Assembly (NCBI GenBank): GCA_024626585.2
Contig: JANKJI020000004.1
Location: forward strand, 102,611,392-102,631,361
DNA from: Ginkgo biloba
Taxonomy: Eukaryota > Plantae > Ginkgophyta
DNA: 19,970 bases
Direction of reading: 5' to 3'
Every line of letters begins with the position of its first letter. The stretch's first letter is position 1. The translations under genes were made by a program, and so were the position numbers. The notes beneath the pieces were generated by a model. That model saw only the letters and a list, made by a program, of their open reading frames with translations, ran no database searches and was not told the origin of the DNA. Shown one piece after another: positions 1 to 11,443 of this stretch.

Positions 1-439
1 TTTTAGTATGATTTCATATGACACCAATAGGATCCTATCATCGATGCCTATAGGAGTGCATCTAGCTGACACTAATGAAGATACCACCATTATTGCTAGA
101 GTCACCAAGATAGCAATGTGTTGACATCGACATGGATCTCATTCACATGTCCTTCACTGAAAAGATTCCTACAATAATTTTTATGTAATGTAACCTCTAA
201 AATGGTTATCTTATCCATATTTATTGTATATATATATATAAAATAAGATCTAATAAGATAAATAGTTAGTGATGATAGAGGATGAGGAATCATGATGTAT
301 TACAATCTATGTCTTATACTACTTATGTAATTTGTGTACTTGGAACTCTTTGAAAATAAAAGGATTGGATGGTTTTCCTATATATTTATGTATGGTGATT
401 TATGTGAATGAATGGAACATGAATTAATTAATCTAATGC

Positions 440-2656
440 CCCATCTAGTGGAGTAAGAGATAACATTATACCACTGTTACACATCAACATGTTTAAACTG
501 AAGATGCTAAAGATGTTGTAGGAGAATACTAGAAGAGAAGTTGTTATTGAATACAAAATACTGCATATATTAGAGAAAAAATAATTATTAAAGAAGAAAA
601 TATTTATACCTATATGTTAAGTTATTAAATATCCAAAAATATCCATCTATTGCTTGAGTTCATTGAAGTTACAAATAAAATTATAGTTTAAAAAAACATA
701 GGGATTATGAATATGGCCATAATTTTTTTTTTATTTGTATTCTATGTGTTATGTTTAGGGGGAGATACCTTGATTATAGACTCATGCCTAGAATTATAGG
801 GTTCTATAAAACTACTTATAATGACTGTATTTTTTTCTCTAACAATATCTATTTTTTCCTTATTAGGTCAGGTAATTGAAGAAGATCATAGGTTATATTT
901 GATGAGATAGTATTTCCTTTATAAAATTGGGGATCCATCTAATATATTAAAGGAGAAGAAAATTTCTAGACCAAATTCTATAGAGAGGAAATTTTGACGG
1001 ATTTGAATGATAATGATTATGTATAAAGTTAAGAATAAAAACATAANNNNNNNNNNNNNNNNNNNCTAGTTCACCATCAACATATGTCACCTAAATACTC
1101 TAAGGAAAATGGTTATAAATATTAGTAAAGTGATTAAGGAGCTAAAGGAAGGTATGGTTAGTGTAGGCCAAGGATATGACTGTGAATGAACAAGAATGTT
1201 GCATTCATAGGTGAAATACAAATGTGGAAATAAAGAAGGCTACATTATATAATTTATTTTTTATTTATATAATTTTTATTAAACAAATTACTATTTTTAG
1301 ATAAGGTTTCATATCTAGTTCACCATGAGACTTTAGATTTGCATTTTTTCATTTTTTGGTTTTAAAAATTGGCACATGAAATTATCAAAGAGATATTAGG
1401 ACCATTTTAAGAAAAATAAATGTTTGTGGTATAGTGTAATTAAATTTAAGTTGTAGGGAAAGTTATTGATTTTAAATCAATCAACGTTATTTTTGAGATT
1501 ATTTTTATTTTTTATAGCTAAGTGGATGGCCACATGGATGACTAATGGCTAACAATGTAAGTAGGATTAATCGTTTCTTCTTTTATTTTCCAATATCTTA
1601 CAAACTATGTGGAATTAGGAGATAAAAATTTGTAAGGTTATGTTTTTTAGTGTTTTTAATAAAATGTTGTAAAATTTATTCTTTTGTTTGATCATTATTA
1701 ATCAAGAGATGATGTTTTTTAAAAGGATAAAATCCTCTTTATNNNNNNNNNNNNNNNNNNNNNNNNNNNNNNNNNNNNNNNNNNNNNNNNNNNNNNNNNN
1801 NNCTAATATGAAATGTTGGTGAGGTTGAGGTTCCCAAAATATATTATGGATGACTATTATTGATATGGATTATATGTTTTTTTATTTTGTTAGGGATGAG
1901 CACGAAATAGTTAAAATATTATGTTTTGAGTATGTAACTAGAAAATTTTCAACCATGTAATCCCTCAAAGAAGGAAAAAATATTTTATTATTATAACTCC
2001 TTAAGGAAGGAGAGAGTTTTTTGTTGGTTTTATTGGTAGTTAAAACTCCAAAAAAGATAAGAAGATTTGGTGTGACCCTGGATGGGTAAAGGTGAAAAAA
2101 TCCCAAGTGATTTTTTGATGAAACTAAGTGTTTAATGCAAACTATATTTTGAAATTTTTTTAAATAATTAAATTATTCTTATGATAAGATCAATTGTGTC
2201 CACTAAAGGAAACTATTGAGTTGTATAAAAAGGGTTATGTTTCTTCAAAATATAGTCAATAAGTATGTTTAAGGAGTGGCTTGATGAGTATACACATAGG
2301 ATCAGTAGAAGATGATGCTAAAAGGATAAAACAAAGTGGAAATAAATACCCATAAGATTATGATTTTGTAATATGGAATGTATCCAAGATAATTTCATAA
2401 ATAATTGATGAACATCATGGCTAGTTATCTAGGTGTCTTAGTGGATGGTGGTTATCCCATATGTATTTATCAAATCAAATTATTATAGATGAGTTATTTT
2501 ATGGTGGTCTATTAAATTACAAGGAAAAGTACAAACAAATGAGAACCATTATTATTGGAAAGATTAAGTTTAAAATATCACTAAGTTATTAATGAAGGAT
2601 AATATTGAAAGAAATATGATATTTATTTATGTATTAAGGGTAAACATCAAGGGGGG
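440..2656 (+). mobile_element. Highly degenerate, internally shortened Ty1/copia remnant
   Basis: gag-like GVRDNIIPLLHI..AKDV (~450-520). SH3-like FIGS*NSKKDKKIWCDP..VKVKKSQVIF/DE (2029-2122, cf. FIGY..NSKGYRLWDP...SRDVIFDE). RNaseH-tail-like IKLQGKVQTNENH..ITKLL (2511-2592). PPT AAGGGGGG directly before TGTTAG. Confidence 0.55.
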
Positions 2657-2664
2657 TGTTAGAG
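2649..2664 (+). other. Polypurine tract and start of copia 3' LTR (TG at 2657)
   Basis: AAGGGGGG|TGTTAGAG about 60 nt after the RNaseH-tail-like segment. The LTR possibly ends at ...TTCTACA (2864), unverified. Confidence 0.55.
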
Positions 2665-3379
2665 TTGATATTTTTCCTCTTAATAAATTAAATATTATTA
2701 TCATATATCCCACGTAGAGAAAAGTGGATAAGGATATAGAGAAGAGTATATGAGATAGTAGTTAAGATGTAGGTGAATTATAAAATGATAAATAAGGATA
2801 TTTGTGATTAAAATATTGAGATATTATGGGATGATAAAGAATATAAATACATTTTTTTTCTACATGGGGTACCCGTAAGTGAATTTAGATTTTCTTGTCA
2901 TGAGAAGGGTTTGAGGCCTAGCCTACCCCTCATCCCCATGCCCCATGGAACTGCCCCCTCACCATAGGGGATAAATTAGGAATTGATCTCCCAATTGTAC
3001 ATCTCTTATTTCAATGCCTGTGCCATTAGACCAAAGCCTTGGGGAATTATAAATTATATAAATACNNNNNNNNNNTGATCATAAAGAATAATTAGGTATT
3101 ATTAGATGCACCCAACCTCATAGTTTCATGAGTTATCCCTCCTCTCTATATTATATTTAAATTTTATTTTTGAGGAATATAATATTATTTTTTTAATGTT
3201 GTCTTATGTCTCTATTGTGAGTTTCATGAATAATATGTATGATTAATGTTTTATTGTTATGAGTTTTATCTTAGGAGTTTATACCTATGATTTTATGAGT
3301 ATGATTCTATATTATTATAACATGATTTTATGGGATCATATTCATATTATTTTACCAATTTTATCAAAGAATTATATTA

Positions 3380-6300
3380 TTAAGTATGATTCTCAATATT
3401 TAACAAGAACTATAATATCTATAATTTATGTTTGGAAGGTATAAAATTATACTACATATTTAGTAATGTCCTGAGCTTCTTCTAGTACTCTTTTGATAAA
3501 TTATCATCCTTTATTCTGATATATTATATTTTTGAATAGATTAATTATGTTTCATACCTTCCACTTATCATACATTTTGTTATTAATAATGTCTTATAGT
3601 ATCTTAATTATATTCATATCCTTCTTAAAAAAAAATTGTAATTCATTAGCCGAGGATGGCTCTATGATTATCAATGAATTATGTTTAGGGTATTTGTACT
3701 TGCAAGAGAGGGCATAAACAATGAAATTTTCTCTTTAAATTTTACATAATATTTTACAATTGAAGAATTATATGTTTTCCACTCATTTGCACTATTTTTT
3801 AGTTAATGACTCTTTCCATAGTATATTATTTAGACTACTATGATCTATCTTAACTTTGAAATTACTTCCTAATAAGNNNNNNNNNNNNNNNNNNNNNNNN
3901 NNNNNNNNNNNNNNNNNNNNNNNNNNNNNNNNNNNNNNNNNNNNNNNNNNNNNNNNNNNNNNNNNNNNNNNNNNNNNNNNNNNNNNNNNNNNNNNNNNNN
4001 NNNNNNNNNNNNNNNNNNNNNNNNNNNNNNNNNNNNNNNNNNNNNNNNNNNNNNNNNNNNNNNNNNNNNNNNNNNNNNNNNNNNNNNNNNNNNNNNNNNN
4101 NNNNNNNNNNNNNNNNNNNNNNNNNNNNNNNNNNNNNNNNNNNNNNNNNNNNNNNNNNNNNNNNNNNNNNNNNNNNNNNNNNNNNNNNNNNNNNNNNNNN
4201 NNNNNNNNNNNNNNNNNNNNNNNNNNNNNNNNNNNNNNNNNNNNNNNNNNNNNNNNNNNNNNNNNNNNNNNNNNNNNNNNNNNNNNNNNNNNNNNNNNNN
4301 NNNNNNNNNNNNNNNNNNNNNNNNNNNNNNNNNNNNNNNNNNNNNNNNNNNCCATAAGGATCACATTGATTCCTTTTCATATAGTTTTGATTATTTTAAT
4401 ATGTTGAGTGCTTCATCGATATGATTTAGATGTTCCTTGAACATTTTGTGGTAAACAATAATGTCACTAAGAAGACTAACACAAATTTCCTTAGTATCCT
4501 AATGAATACCATATTTATTAAAGCTTGAAAGGTTGGTAGAATATTTCATAATCTAAATGTCATAACTTTGAACTTAAAGAATCCTTGATGTATACATAAT
4601 GTTGTTTTATGTATGTCTTCTATTATTATAAGAATATTATAGTAACTTGATCTAAGGTCAATTTATGAGAATCGTTTTTCTCCATGAAGTTAGTCCATTA
4701 GTTTTTTTATCATGGGAATTAAGAATTGATATTTATGGTTATGGAATTTATCACTCTATAATTAATGCATAGTATAAATAATCCATCTTTTTTCCTTGCC
4801 AAGACTGCTGGTGCTATGTATGGGATCTTATTATCAAATATTGTGCCTATATCTATTGAACCTTGCGTTACCTTTTTAATTTTAAATGTATATTTAAAAN
4901 NNNNNNNNNNNNNNNNNNNNNNNNNNNNNNNNNNNNNNNNNNNNNNNNNNNNNNNNNNNNNNNNNNTATGATCCATACCTATTTTTGGCACTAACTCTCT
5001 TAGTAGATCCTAAAACCCTTATAATTATTTATTTTGCACTATATTGATTATATTTTTGGGTTTTTTTTGGTTCCTCATCTTCCTTTTCTTATTTTGTCTA
5101 TCAAAATTCCATGTTTAATAATGTGGCCATGATTCCTATATTACCCTTTTTCAATATTTTTCTCATTATTGGAGGTCAATTATCTTTCATCCTGAAGCTT
5201 GTACTCCTTTTAGAATATACTAGTTCCATTATAAATTAAATATAAGGAAGTTCTATTTATGATTAGTGATGTATGTTCATAAGGTATATATCCATTATAA
5301 TCTCAATACTACATCGATAATTATTATAATGAAGAAAGAATCTCATAGTGTGTAGTCACCCATCTTTAGTTCAACATTTGGTATTACTTCACACATGATT
5401 TTTAATATTCTTATTACATATATAGGAATATTTCTCTTATATCCTTTTTTAGTCCTTACCTTTTTAATTACCTCATATTCAAAATATTTAGTGTGCTTCT
5501 CAGGTCAATCATAACTAGTAGCTTAAGGTTATTAATAAATACGTTTATCTTCAATGTGTCAAGTCATCCTAATATAATCATGGATGTGAATGGTATATCT
5601 ATTTATCTTATTTTTATTATTATTTATATCAAATTTTATTCAATCATCCCTAATGGTTCTTATAACTTGGGATCTTATTATATTTCCTATTCATTAGTTG
5701 TAGCTTCCTCTACTTTTCCTTCTTGTGGTTAACGTTCCTTGAAGAAATTATTTTTTCTTTGTTAACATTTATAATCCCTTGTATAGGGTTATCAATTGTA
5801 GTAGTAATACTTTCCCTCCTTCTTTACTTCCNNNNNNNNNNTATGTCTCTTCATGTTGTTTACTTTACATTAAGACAACTTGGCGATTGACATTGGGAGG
5901 TTGTGGACTCTCTTGTGTTGGTGTGAACCTTCGTTTTAGTGTTATTTTTCCTTATTATACCTATATGGATAGATTTATGACCTATTATAGTTATTTTAAG
6001 TTATTATTCCTTACCTACACTCTTATTTATTCCCTTATATTTCTAATGTATAATTCTCAAGCATCCTCATCACTTATTTCCATTTTTTTCTCCAATACTT
6101 CAAATTTTTTGGTGTATTATTCCACATTTTTTTCCCTTTGGAATAAATATACCAATTTTAACTTATATAGGTCAACCTAATTTAGACGTGTCTACTTATA
6201 TGATTCTTGGTATAATTTTTAAAAGGTTACAATGTGATTATCATTTATTATTTTCCACCATACTCCCTAAGTGTGTTCCTCAGCTTCCATAAAATGTATG

Positions 6301-6480
6301 GTAATTTTAACATTAGATATTTCTTATATTATCCCATCTTGTTTGAAATCCATTTCTAATTTACGGATCTATTTTTATGCACAAACCTTTTTGTGCAAAG
6401 TTAAAATCAAAATTTTTGGTTCAAGATTTTCTTTCCTCCATAATTTCCATTATATCCTCTTTTAGGGTTCCTTTGATATT
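3380..6480 (-). mobile_element. Degenerate Ty3/gypsy (chromovirus-like) gag-protease-RT-RNaseH with the start of integrase
   Basis: Minus-strand translation. gag: IRKLEMDF..VKITIHFMEAEEHT*GVWW (~6250-6370). Protease: LVMIDLRSTLNI (5483-5518, cf. LIDSGSTHNFI). RT: PYIAPAVLARKKDGLFILCINYRVIN...LHGEKRFS*IDLRSSYY...EDIHKTT...PTFQALIN...LRKFVLVF..DIIVY (4360-4830). RNaseH: LLGSNFKVKIDHSSL, KENFIVYALS (3705-3875). VLEEAQD (~3470-3490). Ends are approximate. Confidence 0.9.
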
Positions 6481-7061
6481 ATTCATTTAGAATGCTTCTA
6501 TTATTATCGCTTCTATTATCTCCACCTCAATTTTATTGACTAGTTCTATCGTTTTCTTAGTGCAGAAATGTTTTGTCACTTGTGATTCTACNNNNNNNNN
6601 NNNNNNNNNNNNNNNNNNNNNNNNNNNNNNNNNNNNNNNNNNNNNNNNNNNNNNNNNNNNNNNNNNNNNNNNNNNNNNNNNNNNNNNNNNNAAATGTTTA
6701 AATGCTAAACTATTAAACCATAAAAAAAAAAGCATCTTTAACTTACAAATTAATTTAGCACATATATAAAATGAATCGAAATTGTTATATGAACAAAGTA
6801 AACCCCTCTTCTGAATCATGTAGATGACAAAGGAGGAGTGTAGACAGACAATTTAATTCGAACCTAAATAACTCAATTTCACCAAACAACATGTAGATAC
6901 TGACGAGTTGGGAGCTACAAATTAATTTAATGTTATAGTAACAACTAAAACTATTAAGAGAAGAATCAGAATTCCCACAAACTCATCAACCTAACTCTAA
7001 CACATCTCTCCTCCACATCATACCATAGAAAATTCTCACATTATATCATAGAAAATGCTAT

Positions 7062-7160
7062 CATGCATTATTTGATATATAGAGCATGCAACATTTGCAT
7101 TTGATATAAAATGTATCATGAAACACTTGCATTTGACATAGAGCATTCATCGTTTGATTT
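7062..7160. repeat. Degenerate ~23-32 bp tandem repeats downstream of the tRNA-Arg PBS
   Basis: Units CATGCATTATTTGATATATAGAG / CATGCAACATTTGCATTTGATATAAAATGTAT / CATGAAACACTTGCATTTGACATAGAG / CATTCATCGTTTGATTT. Confidence 0.7.
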
Positions 7161-7586
7161 TATTGTGTTTTTATCCTATATAGAAATAAATAAATGAATC
7201 CAAATATATCATGCAACATCCAAATATACATCTAGATCTAAACTACTTCCACATGAACTCATACAGTGTCTAGATGTTAGTAGCCAGTGAAATCATTGGA
7301 GAGGCACATAGAAACAAAGAAAGGCCAATGATTTCTAACATTCAATATAAACATAGAAATACAAAATCCCAATTGGGCGTTAATAGTAAATGTAGAATAT
7401 CACTACTATCATGCCAAATATACCTAATCATTGAGCAATCTTTTATTAGACAGACCATGATTGTTAGACATAAAAATGTTAGAAGTGTTAGATGCAAAGT
7501 AGAGGAATGACTATAGTAGTAAATAGACCATAACAAAATAAGATACACTAATAGATAGACCATGATAATTGTAAAATGAATATGAA

Positions 7587-7614
7587 GTGGGTTTAGGTCC
7601 CACTGGGTGTGCCA
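7587..7614 (-). other. tRNA-Arg-type primer-binding site (Tat/Ogre-like), extended to 28 nt
   Basis: Minus strand TGGCACACCCAGTGGGAC...; plus strand GTGGGTTTAGGTCCCACTGGGTGTGCCA equals a tRNA T-arm (GTGGG/CCCAC stem, 7-nt loop) + acceptor 3' strand + CCA. Resembles the recalled plant tRNA-Arg(UCU) 3' end GTGGGTTCGAGTCCCACCGGGYGTGCCA. A candidate LTR-terminal CA lies at 7622-23. Confidence 0.75.
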
Positions 7615-8029
7615 GAATAAATGCATTAAGATCTAAATCTCTAAACCAAACTGAGAACAATACCAACTTCTTCTCTAAATCAAAACAAACCTCAGATTGA
7701 GCGAGAAAGAAACAATACCTTCACTTACCCAAAAAATACCATCTTTCATTGTATGGATTTTCTCCGGTCTTATTGGTTTCTCTCGAGTACTAGTGTAAGA
7801 ATTTACAACAACAACTATGGAGGATGGAGGAGGATCGTGAAGAGAATTAAAATGTCTTCCCAAAAGAACAAATCACTTCCCTCCTAAAANNNNNNNNNNN
7901 NNNNNNNNNNNNNNNNNNNNNNNNNNNNNNNNNNNNNNNNNNNNNNNNNNNNNNNNNNNNNNNNNNNNNNNNNNNNNNNNNNNNNNNNNAATTTTCAAGT
8001 GGTTTGAGAATAATGGTAAGCATCATTTT

Positions 8030-9428
8030 AAGTATATCACATCATTCATTAGGTTCATAAAGGTTCCTAGAGAATTAGTTAGTCTAAGTGGAATGACTAA
8101 CCACTCAAACAATCTAAGACTTATCTTGAATGATCTTTTTCATGTATCTTCCTTCTTTTCTCAAACTTGGTGATGATTAAATTTAAGGTGAATTTTAGAG
8201 AATAATTTAGTTCTTTATAGTTGATCAATTAGGTCATTAATACAATGGAGTGGATATTAGTTTTGAATAATAATATTGTTTAGGGCCTGATAATCTATGC
8301 GCATGCACCAACTTCCATCCTTATTTAAAACTAGCACCACCAAACTTTCATATGGGGATGAGCTTGATACAATATCACTTTTTCCTAAAATATCCTTATA
8401 AATGAGCTTGATACTATAATCTTATAAATTACTCTATTGGGGAGTGGACTTCTAAGAATGAGATCAATCCTACGATCCACATATTAATAGGTGGTAGATC
8501 TTGTGGCACATTAAATACATCTTTAAAATATTCAATTATTTGAGAAACTTGGTGCTCCTTTATAGCTAAAATTTATACATTAGTGACTTGCCCTCTTGGT
8601 AGAGGTTATATTATCATTAATAGAACAAATATACGTTTATATTTGATCAACTTCTGAGATTTTATAGATGAAATTATAGATGCAAATTCTTATTTTACCT
8701 TATGTGATGCCACTTATTCTATAATGTATGTATATTTTACTTGATTGAGTCGAATTTGATTTAGCCTTGAAATATAAAGAGAATATTGATCATACATATA
8801 TGGGCTACCAAAATATATGTCACACACATCGAGTGCAACAACTTCATAAATCACTTGATCCCTCATAGGAGCTATGGCAAATTACAAATTAAATTATTCA
8901 AAAATCCATTGTTGTGATCCCTTATTCATCCACTTGAAGAAATATGGATAGGATGTGTATCTAGTAGTAAATAGATCCTTTCAATAATGGATTTGGATAT
9001 CAAATTATTTTGNNNNNNNNNNNNNNNNNNNNNNNNNNNNNNNNNNNNAAAATGTTATCTCCCACTTGAATTTTGGTGTGTAACAACTTTTCTCTTTCCT
9101 CATCATCCTCTTATAAATTAAAAATAATTGTTTCTCTCACATTTTTCTTATATACATGTCATTATTCTTCTTATACACATGTCCTTCTTCTTCTTAGGAA
9201 CTTCATTCTTTATAAAGTCCTTAAAGGGACTTGGAAAGAGTTGTATACTTATTTTCTTAGTAATTATAACTAGAATGGGTAGTTTAATAATGATGGGCAT
9301 AATACATGTATGTGTTTTCTCCATCATTTTTACTTTCTTACTAATTTCATAGTTGGGATTGGATTCCATCTTACTTTTCTTAGAACTTTGCTAGGGAATG
9401 TTTTAGTTTTTTCTTGTAGTTTAAAGAA
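8030..9428 (-). mobile_element. Second degenerate Ty3/gypsy (CRM-like protease) gag tail-protease-RT N-half
   Basis: Minus strand: EEREKLLHTKIQV, QNNLISKSII, FAIAPMRDQVIYEVVALDVCDIYFGSPYMYD, FKDVFNVPQDLPP, SSSPYESLVVLVLNKDGSWCMRIDYQALNNIIIQN*YPL..INDLIDQL, LFEWLVIPLRLTNSLGTFMNLMNDV. Truncated before the YxDD motif. Confidence 0.9.
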
Positions 9429-9529
9429 NNNNNNNNNNNNNNNNNNNNNNNNNNNNNNNNNNNNNNNNNNNNNNNNNNNNNNNNNNNNNNNNNNNNNNNN
9501 NNNNNNNNNNNNNNNNNNNNNNNNNNNNT

Positions 9530-10130
9530 AATTCTATGAGAAATTAATCTCTTCCATGACTCATTGTTTAACAAACGTCATACTATCCATTTGGTTGAGA
9601 GAATGGCACCCTAGAAACTGATATCAACTAGTCCCAATCCCCCACTCTGCTTATCTAACGTGTAATAATGCTAAGGAACCATGGCCAAAATTTTATCTCA
9701 TCTAAATTTGGACCATAGATAACCTCTTAGAACCTTCTCTAATTTTTCAAATTGGGTGCTAATGGGAAACCCACAAGAGACATAGTGCAAATGACTAGAT
9801 TACAAAATTCTACCCACAACTATTAATTTCTCAACTAGGGGAAGATCCCTATAAAACCAACTTTGCACCTTATTCTGCAACTTTTGGAGATACCACTCCC
9901 ATATATCTATGAGAGATACATTAACTCTAAAGGGAATACATTAATTATTATATAGATACAAATTTTTTAACTAGAGAAATGCTCTTGGGGAATAAAATTC
10001 TAGAATGGTATTAAAGCTCTTCTTTCAAGAAGAGTTATCTTTAATTATGCCTACGCTTCTATTCATGAGATGAAACTCATTGAGATTTAAAGAATTACAA
10101 AATATACCATAATGGTGTGGAGATTTTATG
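9530..10130 (-). mobile_element. L1-type LINE ORF2 fragment (post-RT thumb/C-terminal region), degenerate
   Basis: One frame from ~9940 down to 9532: IPFRVNVSLIDIWEWYLQKLQNKVQSWFYRDLPLVEKLIVVGRIL*SSHLHYVSC...KLEKVLRGYLWS...VP*HYYTLDKQSGGLGLVDISF*GAILSTKWIV*RLLNNESWKRLI. This matches plant L1 'LSLAGR...FLW...VxW...PKxxGGLG..D...ALLxKW' and has 5 stops. The upper boundary is approximate. Confidence 0.85.
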
Positions 10131-10761
10131 TCTTCACCAAACAAGACTCTCTCATACTCTCACACTCTCTCATTCTTCACTTTTTACTACTTGTATAACT
10201 ATTTCAACTTCTGCTCTAAGTTCTTGAGTTCTNNNNNNNNNNNNNNNNNNNNNNNNNNNNNNNNNNNNNNNNNNNNNNNNNNNNNNTTCTTTATTTTTCC
10301 TTTTTCCTTTCCAAATTTCTTCAGTTACCCTAACTATTGAAAGAAGTTGAACCATTTTTATAACTACTATATCTTTTCTCTTTTAACCTTTTAAATTTAG
10401 GAATTTAAAATTTTATAAACTCAATTTTATTCACTTTCAGGTCTGTGGATTTGGATCTTTGCGTAGGGATCTAAGCTCGTTCACTTAAGTCTCCCAAAAT
10501 CCTAAAATCCTAAAATTTTAAAATTTAACGAAGTGTTGAGCACACTAATGGTGATGCAAGGAACATTTAAAGTTTAATATTTAAACTTAACTTAAGGTTT
10601 GAAATTTTAAAAGTTAATGGAAATACTCCATTCCAGGATGATTTATGATTTATGATGGATTTAGAAGCATATGATATTACATGAAGATGTTGTATCCAAA
10701 TTACTTTTAGATTTTAAGTTTTAATAGGAAAAATAGGTAATTTTATCTATTTTCTAGCTAG

Positions 10762-10796
10762 CCATAACTTTTACCATAACTTTTGATCCATAACTC
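10762..10796. repeat. Three short CCATAACT(TTT) tandem copies
   Basis: CCATAACTTTTA-CCATAACTTTTGAT-CCATAACT; lies in non-coding sequence downstream (minus strand) of the iMet PBS. Confidence 0.7.
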
Positions 10797-11430
10797 TATT
10801 TTTCATTCTCTTAGGCTCATTATAAAGCTTGTGGGAAATGATGCAACACTTCCCTTATGGACCATCAATTGAAACTACACATATTTTTTCCAATTTTAAT
10901 CGCAANNNNNNNNNNNNNNNNNNNNNNNNNNNNNNNNNNNNNNNNNNNNNNNNNNNNNNNNTCAAAACTTCAAGTTATTGCATCAAAAAATAAAAAACAT
11001 ATGGATCAAATTTTCCTTTTCATTTATGGATTTGAATGTTGATTTTTACCTTGATATGATTCTTACATTCCAAAAGAGAACATATGGGAATATGTGAAGT
11101 TAAATGAGAGAGGGTTATAATGGAAGTGTCCCTTGTGGAGAGTTCTTCTCTACCTGAAACTTTGGCCATATGCTTCAAAGTTAGATCCCTTTTAGTATTC
11201 GTAGCTCTAGAAATAATTTGTTGAATTGCTAAAAGTCTTTTATCATTTTTTCCCCTTATCATTGATCTCATATTCTTATCTTAATGCCTTTTTTTGCATA
11301 TGACTTGAATTCAATGACTTTTTAAATTAGAGGATTAATTATTAGTGTGTGAAGGATACCTTTACCTCATAACCTTGATCTTATCCAAATACCACTCATA
11401 CAAGGGAAGTGAGGCTATGAAACACTTGGA

Positions 11431-11443
11431 TCTGATACCAATG
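11431..11443 (-). other. tRNA-iMet primer-binding site adjoining an LTR 3' end
   Basis: Minus strand reads ...GATCA-T-TGGTATCAGA: LTR-terminal CA, 1-nt spacer, then a 10-nt match to the canonical TGGTATCAGAGC. Implies an LTR from 11442 upward toward the gap at 11754. Confidence 0.65.

Noticed and set aside
6806-6820. Degenerate iMet PBS (minus TGATTCAGAAG after CA) for the first gypsy element
   Set aside because: The match is weak and it is separated from the gag by a 100-N gap, so it cannot be supported.
7587-7614. Functional tRNA gene
   Set aside because: Only the 3' 28 nt are present, with no D-arm or anticodon arm upstream; the T-loop is mutated and the CCA is encoded.
9617-9650. Apparent degenerate iMet PBS (TGATATCAG) and PPT (GAGTGGGGGA-TTG) on the minus strand
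   Set aside because: Both are codons of the LINE motif QSGGLGLVDIS within a continuous L1 reading frame.
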